From assembly GCA_905178155.1 (NCBI GenBank), contig CAJINV010000003.1, positions 10,917,367-10,981,366 on the forward strand: a DNA stretch of 64,000 nt, read 5' to 3'. Made by a program: the position numbers and the translations under genes. Shown one piece after another: positions 25,601-37,232 of the stretch (within the stretch, counting starts at the first letter, position 1; each line of letters opens with the position of its first letter). This stretch comes from Amoebophrya sp. A120 (taxonomy: Eukaryota > Protista > Dinoflagellata). Under the pieces are notes generated by a model. The model searched no databases. It had not been told where the DNA came from and was given only the letters and a program-made list of their open reading frames with translations.

Positions 25601-28600
25601 TTCTCTTCGATAAGCGGAGGTATGTTCGCTCCCGCGATGATTATGGGGGGCTACCTATGCGGGCTAAAAGCGTACACTTCCTCCCGTAGCCAAAATGGGG
25701 GCGTGGCCCACAATTTGAGACGTTTTGGGTTTGGGATTCACGCAGGCATGACAGTTTCGGGGCCATGCTGTACTCGTGGTTAGCTACAGGGCGGCAGCGT
25801 CCGCCTCAGTTGCAGTCGACTTTATCAACACTCCGCGACGGAGCGTAACAAGGACAAAATTGGAAGCCGCGGCTGATAAAAATTAGAAACTTGATTATTC
25901 AAATACTACTCGTCGTCCTCATAATTTTGCGCGTGAGAAACCCAAACCAAGAATAGCCTTTGCATGCAGATTTGCAGCTTCCTGAGACGAAGTATGTACT
26001 TAAACTTATGTTGAACTTGAAGCGGGGAGGAAGCTTTCGTTTTTATAGAGCATACTAATTCGGCGGGGGCCTCGGTAGTCTTTTGAAGTGGATAAGCGAC
26101 GAGACAGACCCAGTAAATGGGACCTACCTTCAGCTCTGCGTTTTATTTGGCATGGTGGGATTCTTTTCTGCCTCGCACCGACTACCGCTGACTGGTACGA
26201 ACGTACCCTCTCTCGTGTTTCTTGTCCGTTTCTGTTTCAAATGCGATCACGTTGTAGGATTCGGGAAAAAAGAATTTTACTTAAAAATCCAATTTGATGA
26301 TCCTCCGACCAAGGAAGACGACGAGGATCAGCTTGATGCTTTCTTCGTCGTGTTTCCATCTCATTTTGAAAAATCACAGGCTCACTGTGCATTTACGAGC
26401 TAATTGTGGCCTCGACCGACGAGGACAAAACCATTGCTGGAAGCTTCATCGTGTCGCGGCTGTTCTTTCCCATGTTGGTGTGCTCCATTGTCAGCTTCTG
26501 CCTCAGCATTTACATGCATCCACAGGCCTTGTTGGAGCGGACGATGGAGCAAGATGGCCTGCATGACCTGTGCTTTGGACCTGCCGCAGATTCAGATGAC
26601 GACAGTTCTGTATGCATTACAGCCGTGTAGTCTGGGTCCCGAAGTTTGTGTTGATGGATGCTACTTTGATGTGAAGGATGAGCGCGTGGCTTCTGCATTG
26701 CGCAGCCAAGCATCCTCAGCAGGAGTTTTCGAGAGTCTAGGCCTTGTGGAAACTGCTGTGTTTTTTCATGACAGATAGAGAGTTGTGTCTCCCGGACATC
26801 AACATCATGCGTGACAGATCTTCTCAGCGTCGTACCGGATAATCATGAATGATCTTGCTGGGCGCTTCCATTATCCAGAGACGCAGACCCAGTCCCAGAC
26901 AAATTTGCCATGCATATTCCGAAGAGGATGACGATGACGACGATGAGACCGACTCTGATTCAGAGTCCACTTCCGAAGAAAAGACGCTGGACAAAGACAA
27001 AGATGGTTTCAAGTTTGATTTTTTTAGTACCTCTCCAAGAAAAAAATGACTTTGAAGCGATGCAAGCCTTTATTTCATTTTGCACCCTGGTTTTGATGCC
27101 ATCCTATTGGCTATCGCTACGGTTATGCTTTCGCGAGGACGAACACGTTGTAATAAATCAAAAAGGTGGGAGCGCGGAGTCCAACGGGAAGAATGGCAGC
27201 GTAGCAGGAGACCAGGCAAGCATCATGAGTCTGGTGAGCAAGACTCTTCTCCCTCCCGAGCTGATGGTGGCGGGGAAATCACGGCGGCAATCCGTGGACC
27301 TTGGTCAGGTGTTTCGAAAGCCACTCTATGAGACCGGTTCTTTCGTTACCTCTAGTGCGACCCACAACATGCAGAAAGACGGGAAGCGCCACAGCCTGAA
27401 AAAGCCAAAAAAATCCAACCACTCCTCGAGCTCTCCGAACGCAGAGCAGAGTGCACCATCGGCCGAGGATGGAAGCTCGCAGCTATTCTTTGAAAATCAT
27501 ATAACCATCCCATGATCTTCGTCTTCCACTTTCTGCGTGACAAAAGCCGACTCTGCTCCATGAGTTTCAGGTTCGCATGGGAAATAATTTGATGGGGATG
27601 TTGGCATGTTGATGTTGTTTAGCGTCACAAATTGGATGAGGATGGTAAATTTTCTGAGAATACTCGCAAACGGGAACCAACAGCAGGAACAGTCGGAACA
27701 TGGAGGATCCTGTGACGGGAATGGATCCCGGATCCATGATTTCGCAACATGCACTAGCGCAGGCACAGGCAGAAAAAGGTACTTAGTTCTAAAGGCACTA
27801 CGTCCTCACGAACAACGAGGTTTAGAGTTGTTGACTCGACTTTTGTTCTTTCTGAGCTGTGGTCGACAGGTCGTCCTCATGCGATTAATACCTTGTAGCT
27901 CTCTGTCGTAGTCATGGACGAGGACGACACCTAGCTTACGTCGCACAGCGATTTGCTTCTTCATCTTCCTGTTCTGGCACTCCTTTACTGACATGACAGA
28001 CCGGCTGAAGATCCGGCGGGCGAGCCATCCACCAACGGCGTCTGCAGTCAACACTAACGCGCGGATTGTGGAGTTCTATCAGCGGAATTCGCAAGATTTG
28101 CGGAAGGAGTTCGAAGCCCTCCGGCAAGCTACTGCAACGCCGTCTAGCTCGACGAGCAAGCGCAGTTTCGTGCCCTTGCAGATTTTACAACAGCGAAGGC
28201 CCTCGGCGCCGGACGCATCTAGTATTTCCGCGCGGCGCGCCGATAGCAAGGAGGCTCCGGACCGCATTCAGAACGTGATACGCAGTGGCGGGGGCACCGG
28301 CGATGCGGGTGGTGATAGCCCCCCCCTGGTCCACCGCGAACTGAGCATAGGCGCCGGCAGTGAGGACGTGTTTCGGGCCCGGCTGGCGTCTGCGGCTGGA
28401 AGCAACTTGTCGTCGGATTACAACACCAGCACCGAAGGGAACCTGAGCGGCGTAACCGGCACCTCGAGCATGCTGATCAGTAGAGGGGGCATTCTCCCCG
28501 CCGGCTCCCCGAGCGTGTGTGCTGTCACGACCTCAGCATCCTCGCAAAGTGCGGGCTATGCCTTGCAAAATTATCGCGCTAGAGCTACTATGAATTGCAT

Positions 28601-30125
28601 AGACATACACACGTTCACATGATTTTTCCGAAACAATGCAACTTGTGGCGCCGAGTTCCTGTCGGCCATACCCATAGATCATCTGTCATGATGCATCACT
28701 GCGGCCAGCAGCACTGCAATTAGTACGAGTGCGATGCTTTTGCAGGGCATACGGGCATGGCAGGCGCGGGGGCAGGCGCAGCCAATGCCGCCGCGAACAG
28801 CAAGCGAGCGACGAAGCGAAACACGAAAGTTTCCTCGACTAGCACTCTGCGAATTCTCGAGAACGCAATGAAGCGGCGGGGCAACGCGGCCGACACCGCG
28901 TCTTCCTTGTCATCCATGGGCAGCAGTGCGGAAAGCAACGCCCTCGGCTATCCACACGAAAGCTGCTCCTTTTTTACCCCAGACCGAGGAAGTGTCTGCA
29001 TTGCAAACCATCTCAATGTTGTAATTGGAGCACTGCACCACAAAATCCAGGTGCAGAGTATCGCCTGGCCGTGTTGCAAATCGTGTTCTCGATGTCGATC
29101 AGGAACTACGCTTTGAGTCCTTTAATTTGGGAAAGGAAACTTTGCATGGCCATCGGAACAAATTTCCACTCGTGGGACGCGGGGCACTTTTCAGCATAAT
29201 ACTGGCCAGGGCGCCGCGATGGTAGTGGGCAGTGGGGGTCCGATACGAGATTGCACAACTACTTTCCCTCCGCCTCATTTTTTGTAAAATGAAAAATACA
29301 AAGCCCAATACTTATTCACTATGTAGCCGCTCGCATAATCGATTGACAAGCTCCGGAGAGGGCTGACACAGCACTGAAAGGACACAGTGCAAACCTATCG
29401 TGCAGCAAAAAGACGCATCGCTGTCCACGCTACTTTTCTTGCAGTGCATGCTCCGCGTCCACCCAAAGCGATGAGGGGGAGGGAACAAGGTGTGCACTCT
29501 GATACGCGGGGACGCTCGGGTCTAACGTACCGCGACCCAGTGCCATGATCGGGCGCGGGCGGTCCGGTAGCATTTCGACCACACCCGGGCAGCTCTGGAA
29601 GGACCTCCGGGAGTCTCGGGCGGAGCGCGATCGGTCCGTCCACCTCGCGGCGACGTTGGAAGAGGAGAGCAATGTCAACAGTTGGGAAATGCTCTCAAAC
29701 CTGGGGACGAACCTGTATGGATTACAAATATGTCTGGGTCTGGAAGAATGGAACTTGTAATGCTGTGTGCGGATTCTAGAAATATCTGTGTTGCATGAGC
29801 AGCAAGAGGAGTCCAGTTCCTAGCACGCGGAGAGGGCATTTCTCATGCGCAATTAGCATCAAGAAGCTCTCAAAAAATCTGTAATGCTAGCGCCAGCATC
29901 ACAGACCTCGCGGGTCATGCAAAATGTGCATGACATTGACAAGCCTCGACTCTTCCAGACCCAGACATTTTTGGAGTTGATAACCTGTCGCAGAGGTCCA
30001 TTGTCGGGGGCCCGAAGCATTCCATGTCCATGGTGTCCATCGGGTCCAACGCACCGCTCGGAATCCACCCCGAAATAGTCTATCCGTCCGCGGTACCGGA
30101 AGAAGACGAAAAGGAAAGCAAATAA
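19696..30125 (+). CDS. CLC-family chloride channel / anion-proton antiporter, multi-exon, with long low-complexity insertions
   Basis: CLC motifs in the expected order: PECIGGGMVATK (GSGIP position), GSPLGIEAPTFHL (GxEGP), GLSQAFNTPIGSLLFVLEE, GGSGGMFAP (GxFxP), GMVGFFSASHRLPLTGSLCIYEL. Start and last exons are inferred. Confidence 0.85.
20485..20801 (+). mobile_element. Probable non-canonical TIR intron, family A-like
   Basis: Right end CCAGACATATTTGCAATGCAT; DR GTG gives WPVREEETYEMR. The left TIR is degenerate. Confidence 0.5.
22721..23052 (+). mobile_element. Non-canonical TIR intron, family A
   Basis: DR CCCGA; IR TATGCATTGCAACCATGTCTGG / CCAGGCATGTTTGCAATTCATA (19/22); splicing gives SSFPTTTNN. 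Confidence 0.85.
25367..25617 (+). mobile_element. TIR intron inside the CLC GxFxP motif
   Basis: DR AGCGG; ends TATC/GATA plus inner IR GAAAAAGTGTTCCACCGCCACG / CGTGGCAATGGAGCAGTTTTTC; splicing gives GGSGGMFAP. Confidence 0.8.
26195..26379 (+). other. Canonical GT-AG intron (185 nt)
   Basis: GTACGA...TCACAG; splicing gives the CLC motif RLPLTGSLCIYEL. Confidence 0.8.
26609..26919 (+). mobile_element. Non-canonical TIR intron, family A
   Basis: DR TTC; TATGCAT..GTCTGGGTC / CCCAGACAAATTTGCCATGCATA; splicing gives DDDSSEEDDD. Confidence 0.75.
29243..29506 (+). mobile_element. Non-canonical TIR intron, family B (boundaries approximate)
   Basis: TACGAGATTGCACAAC, C-run, CCTCATTT on the left; ATGAG, G-run, TGTGCACTCTGATA on the right; DR CG gives WGSAGTLGS. 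Confidence 0.6.
29717..29988 (+). mobile_element. Non-canonical TIR intron, family A (272 nt)
   Basis: DR AACCTGT; AAATATGTCTGGGTCTGGAAGA / TCTTCCAGACCCAGACATTTTT; alignable over its whole length to 55261-55532. Confidence 0.85.
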
Positions 30126-31887
30126 GGTGCAGACTGAGCAGCTGTCGGGCGGGGAGCACACCTACTTTTTTGCTCCAAGCGCACGACCACGATTTTAACA
30201 TTCTATGCCTGATGCTCGTGCCTGATCACACTCGGGTTGTATCGTCCGTGACGAAGACAAGAGAAAGTTGTCTTGGTGCGGAATTAAGATCTGCAAGGCT
30301 AAGGCGTGCAGCTTGTTGCTCTCTCGCGTCCAGCATCATAGATATGAGTATGATCGTATATTTGGGGTTTTCAGACGGTCACTATCAACGGTTTTCGCAG
30401 CTGGTGTGAGCCGCTTAATGGATAAGGACTTGAAAAAATATGATGATTCTGAAAAGTAATGTACAGTAGCGATGTGTCCAAATTGAAATTCGACTGTTTT
30501 ACAATATCGGAGCAGGTTTGTCCAGAATCTTCGCCGTATTTTGAATTTGATTCTTCCTCTTGTACAGACACTGTTGCTCGTCGTAGTGCTTTCAGGTGCT
30601 CTTTGTTCGCATGAAATTGAATTAACTAGTGCTATTTCATCAATCGGCTGATAGATTACGATATCGGAAATGCAAATAGGTATTAGTGCTAGCGAGAACA
30701 ACTGAGTAGAAAAAATCATTGCTGGAGTCCATCATCAATGCGCAGCATCAATGAAAAATTGATGAGCGCTGCAATACAAGTTTCCGTAATAACTATGAAA
30801 TATATGATTTGTTGGTGAAGAACAAGTAAAAAAGTGAAAGTGTAGAAATCGCTGGACCATGTCGCATAAGTCTTGCGCAACATCGCAAAAGAAAACCTGA
30901 CAAAGTATAGCGATAGGTGCTAGGAAATAACAATAAGTAAGTGCCATCATTCAACAAAGGGATTTGCAGCTGCAAAAGCTATTGCTATTATGGGCATGGA
31001 TTATTTGAAGTTGGTTGCCTACGTTTTCCAGTCGGGCTGCCGAAAAAGAAGAAGCGCAGCCCTTCCCTATAACACCGATATTACAACTAGTGCACTGCAT
31101 AACTAAGTTCTGCGCACCACCATATGCACAGGCGTGGGTTCTGAATTCGCATCAGTATCTGCTACTGCTTTTGGCATAATTTTTCCGACTGTCGGAATAT
31201 TTGCCAAACGAGAAAAATCATACAAAATGTTATGAATTATCAGACAATTTGAATTTGAATTCGCGTTCTCCTATCTATAAGCACTCGAGAAACTGCAATG
31301 CTCTGTGAGAACCTATCTTCTGTTCGGTGTTGGCGATTTTCGTGTTGCAGTGTATTTGTTCTTAGCCACACAGCACATCATGCTCACTATTGAAACGACT
31401 TCTCCTCGGTGGTTTTATTTTTTGCATATGAAGAAAATCACCTTAGTAGCAAGCCGTCCGCTCTTCCAGGTCGACAATGTTGAGCTATGAAGAAAACAAA
31501 TTTCGAAACAGCAACACGAAAGATAAAGAACTCCTGGCTTTATATATACCCCGATGTGAAGATCAACAGTATCGGAATACGCAGCATTTCGATCACGAAA
31601 AATACGATCAATTCACCTTTCATCGTGCAGTCGAATCTTTGACCTTGCCCTTGATTTTGGTTAAGGATGTGTTTATGATCATTTCCGTGGCTGCATGAAT
31701 AATAATTTCTTGTTACTCGGGGGTTATAACGTTAACATCCGGTGGATGTCACGACCAGATGTTAATGTGAAAATATACACAGATAATTCACCTCGTTTAT
31801 GTAGTAAGTTAATCGTATTACACACAGGAAAGAAATGCCGCGGCAGCACCTTCGGAAAAGAGAGGTTTAGCGTTAGGACGAACCACC

Positions 31888-34800
31888 ATGGGAGGCAAGA
31901 AGCAGGAGCCGAAAGGTCAGCCCCAAGGGGCGCCGCAACAGCTTGGAGGAGACAAAGCCAAAAGCGGTAGCAAAAACAAAAAAGCACCAGCGACGGCACC
32001 AGAAGCCGCGCAAGGAGCAAATGCTAATGCGAAGAACATCAGCAAGAATAACAATATTAAGGCGTCGAACTTGACTGGAAATGCGGCCCCGCCTTCCAAA
32101 TCGAAAAAACAGTTGGCAGAGGAGCGGCGGCGGGCGGCAGAGGAGCAGAAGGCACAAAGAGACGCTGTCTGGGATAACATGCTGAACCCGGCGTGCGAGG
32201 ACCTGTCCGAAGGAACGTCAGACGAGGACGAAAGTGCCGCCTTACAGCCTGAGCGAAAGGCAGGGAACAGCGACAAAATTGGAAAGTTTTCACCAGCAAA
32301 AAGAGCTACGGAAGATGACACGAGCGCCGGCGATGGTGCTCGCAGCTGCAAGAATTTTTCCAGCTCCGCCAGTGCGGACCGAAAGCTCGTTGATGTCATG
32401 ATCGCTGCCGATGCTGGCGCAGCAGAGGACGAAGTGGCTAAATCCAGCCAGAGACTTCGAAGACAGGGCCTGCAAAATGAAGAAATCGATGTTGCAAAGC
32501 AATACGAGGCAGCGAAGGCAGAGCTCGAGAAACTCCAGAAGAAGGCGGAAACGAACGCGAAAGGCTTGTCGAATAAAGACAAGCGGTCACTGGAGAAATT
32601 AACTCAAAAGGTCGCGGAACTGGAGGAAGACGCAAGACGAGATCAGGAAAGTAAAAGCTGTCCGATATTAGACGATAGCGTGCCCGACACTCGGCTGCTT
32701 GCAGAAAAATACTCGGAAAAGCTTCGGCCCTTTCACTTTTCGATCGCCGACGAAGCCACAGCCGCATCACAAAGCACCGACCTCATCATCGACCGGTTTT
32801 CCATAAGTGTAAAAGGCCAAAAGCTTTTCGACGACGCGCCACTGAAACTTGTACAAGGGCGCAGGTACGGGCTTCTCGGGCCCAACGGGCGCGGAAAAAG
32901 CACATTGCTGCTGCACCTCGCAGCCGGGAAGTTTCCGATGCCAAGCACATGGAGCTGCATCTTAGTGGAGCAAGAGGTAGCCGCGTCCTCCCGGTCGTGC
33001 GTGGAAGAAGTGCTCTTTGCCGACCAGGAATTGCAGAAGTGGCGGCGAGAAGAGGCAGACCTTTTCGCGCAGCTCGCGTATACTTCTTCTTATCACCTCA
33101 CTTCCCGTTGTTCCCTTTCCACACAAATATTACTAGCAAAGCCAGCTTCGCCTGCAGGTAGGCATTAGAAGAAATGCAAATGTCAGCTAGCATCATCTAG
33201 ATAAACAAATCAAAAAAAAAGAAGCGCCGGCCCCAAAACAAAGCCGCGGCGCGCCCAATGTGGTCGTCGCGGCTCCGGCTCGCCCAGATTGGTCGCTCCA
33301 TTTCCGGCGCGCCCAGTCTGGTCGTCCCGGCTCCGGCGCGCCCAGTCTGATCGCCCCGGCTGCGGCGTTCCCGACCTGGTTGCCTCGGCTTCGGCGCGCC
33401 CAATCTGATCAACCCGGTCCCGAACGGTCGGGACGATTTTTGGCTGGTCCGACGGCCGTCGGACGACTTTGGGCTGTCCGACGGCCGTCGGATGACTTTC
33501 GGTTGTCCGACCGCCGTCGGACGACTTTTGGGTATCCGACGGCCGTCGGACGACTTTCGGCTGTGCGACGGCCGTCGAGCAACTTCTGAGCCGTCGGGCG
33601 ACTTTTGGCCGCCCGACGGCCATCGGACGACTTTTGGGCCGTGGGATAGCTTTTGGATGTCCGAGGGCCGTCGGAGGAATTTTGGCCGTCCGACGGCCGT
33701 CGGACGACTTTTGGTTGTCCGACGGCCGTCGGGCGGCTTTTGTTTGGTTGTCCGACGGCCGTCGCACGACTTTCTGACTGGCCGCCGGACGACTTTCGGC
33801 TGTCCGACGGCCGGCGGACAACTTTTGGCCGTCCGACGGCCGTCGGACAACTTCTGGCCGTCGGACGACTTTGGGGCCGTCGGACAATTTCGGGCCGTCC
33901 GACGGCCGTCGGGCGACTTTTGGGCCGCCGGACAACTTTTGGCTGTCCGACGAGCGTCGGACGACTTTTGGCTGTCCGACGGCCGTCGGGCGACTTTTGG
34001 GCCGTTGGACAACTTCTGGGTGGCCGTCCGACGGCCGTCGGGCGATTTTTGGCTGTCCGACGACCATCGAACGACTTTTGGCCGTTCGACGGGCGTCAGA
34101 CAACTTTTGGCCGTCCGACGGCCGTCGGCTCGGACGACTTTCGGTTGTCCGACGGCCGTCTTGAAGTCGAAAGCGAAACTCAAACTCCAAGTGGATTCTG
34201 AAACTCGAAGTCGAAACTGAAACTGGAACTCAAACTGAGTGTCGAAATTCAAACTCAAGCTGAACGCTGAAACTCAAACTCAAACTCAATGTTGAGACTC
34301 AAACTCAATGTTGAGACTCAAACTCAAACTCAACGCTGAAACTCAAACTCAAACTGACACTTGCACTCTTTTACGCCAAGGTAGTTAGTATCTATACCAG
34401 GATAAGATTTCATTTTCAGCATTGTTTAATATTGTTGATTTACATCAACTACAACTTCAACTCAAGGTTAAGGTGTGACTACTGGATTTGTGCTCCTCGT
34501 GTTCATCTTCCTGCGCTAACTACTCGATCGCAATTGTCTCAAATATGTTTAGTTCCAAGCCGTGTGATATAGATGCTGCTCGCTGTAACTGCTGCCGCAG
34601 TTTACGTTTTCGAATTTCAGTACGGATTTTTGCTTTGCTTGTTGGCTTGCGCGTTGCGACCACGATTGTAGTACTTGTTCTTCCCTCCACCATTTCAGGG
34701 TCATCGAGAATGACGGTGTTGAAGCTGCGGGTCTACTAGGTGACGACCCAGTCGCAGCAGCGAAGGCATTGGAGGCGCTCGTGGACCGGGCACAAGAAGT

Positions 34801-36695
34801 GAGTAGCAATTTGACGGAAAAGGAGTCAGCCGAATCGGAAGTGCGACGCATTCTTGCGGGTCTGGGGTTTTCCGAGGAGGGTATGGAAGCGGCAACAGAG
34901 AACTTTAGTGGGGGCTGGCGTATGCGCATCGCGCTGGCCAAGGGCTTGTTTCTGAAGCCCAAGCTCCTCCTGTTGGACGAACCAACGAACCACTTGGACC
35001 TGGAGGCGGCATGTTGGTTGGAGGATTACTATCCAAGAACAGAAGAGTTTTTGCACTCGACGACCCAGGCCAGAGAAAGTAGAAAGATCATTCTTATGTT
35101 TGCTCGCGCTGGCTGCAATACAGAAAGCATTGCGAAGACATGCGAAGACCAAAAGGGAGTTGATTCTCTATTATGCAGAATGCAGTTACTGCTTGATGTC
35201 CTGCTCCTTCGGGTCTTGATGTCCTCCTTCGGGTCTGGGACTGTAAAAGCGATTCGTTAATAGGTGCTTTCAGACGTGTTAGTTATGTTGCTAATTATTT
35301 GATGCAAAACCAGGACTCCTGCAATTTTCTCTGACACTAAGGCTGAACAACCGCTGCAGCACATATTTCGTTTTTCTCTGGTTGTACAGGTGTCGTCGTG
35401 CATTTCTGTAGAATAAGTATTTGGCAAGCTACCCGCACACGCTGCTTACCGTGTCCCACGACGCCGAGTTTCTGGACCAGGTGTGCACGGACATGGTCGC
35501 GCTGGTCCCGGAAACGGGCAAACTTTTGTACGCGCGCGGCAGTTACAATTCCTACAAACAGAAGAAAGAGCAAGAGCGAGCGGCGGCCCTGAAAGAGTAC
35601 AAAAAATCCGGGCAGCGGAAAGATCTGAAGCCCCGCCCCGACTACGTAGTGAACTTTTCCTTCCCGGAAGTAGACGACGTGGCGCATCACGGGTCCGCCA
35701 GCTCGTGGATCAGCGCACAAGACGTGTCCTTTGGCTTCAGTGCAGCTTCTCCCGCAGCAGCAGAAGCTTCCGCCCCGGCTGGGAACGAGGGCACAAGAGC
35801 AAGCCGCGACATCAGCACGAGTTCAAAACCTATGAGCAAGAGGCTGCACACGGGTCCAGGGACCGATCCGTCATCTTCGTCTTCGGGTGGCGACGACGCA
35901 TTGCTGTTCAAGGATTTGTCGTTGCGCGTGGACGAAAGCTCCCGAATAGCGCTCGTTGGTCCCAACGGCTGCGGCAAAAGTACTTTGTTGCGATTGCTGA
36001 TGAAAATGCAGGTCGAGCCGCAGGATGGCTTTGTGGAGCACAGCAAGCAATTGCGTGTGGGGTACTACTCGCAGCACTTCGAGGAACTGCTGCCTTTAAG
36101 GAAGAAAGCCGCAGTCGGCTCTTCTACCACTGCAACGAAGGGGGCCAGCGGCGGAATTTCGGCCTGCGAATTTTTTGTGCAGCAATTCCAACTGAGTGAG
36201 CAAAAGGCACGGGCCACCCTCGGATCGTTCGGCCTGCAGTCCGCACAGCATCTGATCCCCATGACGGAGCTCTCGGGCGGGCAGAAGGCTCGTGTTTGCT
36301 TCGCCAAGATCACCTTGCAGAAACCGCGGCTGCTGATTTTTGACGAGCCGACCAACCACCTCGACTTGGAATCCGTAGAAGCGCTTATGGAAGCCCTGGA
36401 AACCTACAGCGGTGGGGTAGTGCTTGTCAGTCACGACGCGCGACTAGTGCGGAGCGTCACGAATGTCGAGCACGCATCCTGCGCACCCGGCACTGTGTAC
36501 AAAGTCGAACGGGAAGGGCTCGTTGAGATCTCTTACTCCAGATACGTGCGGCAAGTCTTGAACGAGATCGAGCTCCGAGCACAGGCCAGTCAAGCGAGAG
36601 CGCAAAAGAAACAAGCTGAGGCAGAGGAGAAGAGAAAACAAAAGCTGCGCTCAGTGCAAAACAAGTACAAGGCCGGGGGCTCGAAGAAAATATGA
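31888..36695 (+). CDS. ABCF1: ABCF-family soluble ABC ATPase (ABCF1-like); exons 31888-33077, 34699-35028, 35420-36695
   Basis: Two NBDs (GPNGRGKS / FSGGWRMR / DEPTNHLD / VSHD and GPNGCGKS / LSGGQKAR / DEPTNHLD / VSHD), no TM segments, K/E-rich N-terminus, linker [14 protein letters not shown]. Exon joins are in frame. Paralog assignment is tentative. Confidence 0.9.
33430..34160. repeat. Tandem array of the palindrome GTCCGACGGCCGTCGGAC with GACTTTT linkers
   Basis: Perfect 18-bp palindrome recurring in roughly 30-bp units, with degenerate and half copies. Confidence 0.9.
34170..34357. repeat. (AAACTC)n degenerate microsatellite
   Basis: Runs of AAACTC / AAACTG directly after the palindrome array. 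Confidence 0.9.
35029..35419 (+). other. Non-canonical intron in ABCF NBD1
   Basis: DR TA with weak IR TACT/AGTA. This join restores the conserved [19 protein letters not shown]; there is no GT donor at that position. Confidence 0.8.
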
Positions 36696-37232
36696 GTCCG
36701 ACCCTAGTAATTGTAATACTGCACATACAGCGATAAATAGCGCTAGATGTTGCGAGAGTCACATCTGACAGCTGTCCTAGTGTTTTTCCCGGATTCAGTC
36801 TCAAGACCTTATGGTCATGAACTACTTACACGAAATGTTCAACAGATATGTAAGTGGAGTCACCAATAGATATTGGACGGCCGCGACACGTACAAGTAGT
36901 CACAATCACATGACATTGAGTGAGAGAAGATTCTTGTCGCTCCTCGTTCTATTCGTGAAAAGAGGTCGTTGATGAAATTGGCGAGGATTGAATGAGACGT
37001 CGCGTGAAAAAGAAATACCAACCCTCCGCGATCGTGTTTTATGTCGACGACTATTTCGTCCTTCGTTCGCACCTCGACGACGTTCCATGAGAGTTATGTT
37101 GCAGTTTCTTTCGCAGACAGAGGCAGAGCATCCAAGTTGATGTCCTGCTCCGACGTGGTGCAAAAATTATCTCCAAATTAGTACCAACTGATCACGCGTG
37201 TGGATGTCCTCTTGCTCCTCACCAGAAACAAG

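Larger units (their letters stand above)
33078..34698 (+). other. Canonical GT-AG intron of ABCF (1621 nt) carrying repeat arrays
   Basis: GTATAC...TTTCAG; splicing gives LFAQLAVIEND, in frame with the downstream NBD1 signature. Confidence 0.85.

Noticed and set aside
33197-34258. Long ORFs on both strands (up to 353 aa)
   Set aside because: Artefacts of the stop-poor palindromic satellite inside the ABCF intron.
31888-36695. ABCF and the other split genes as frameshifted pseudogenes
   Set aside because: The resolved breaks are explained by introns whose removal restores frame and intact motifs.
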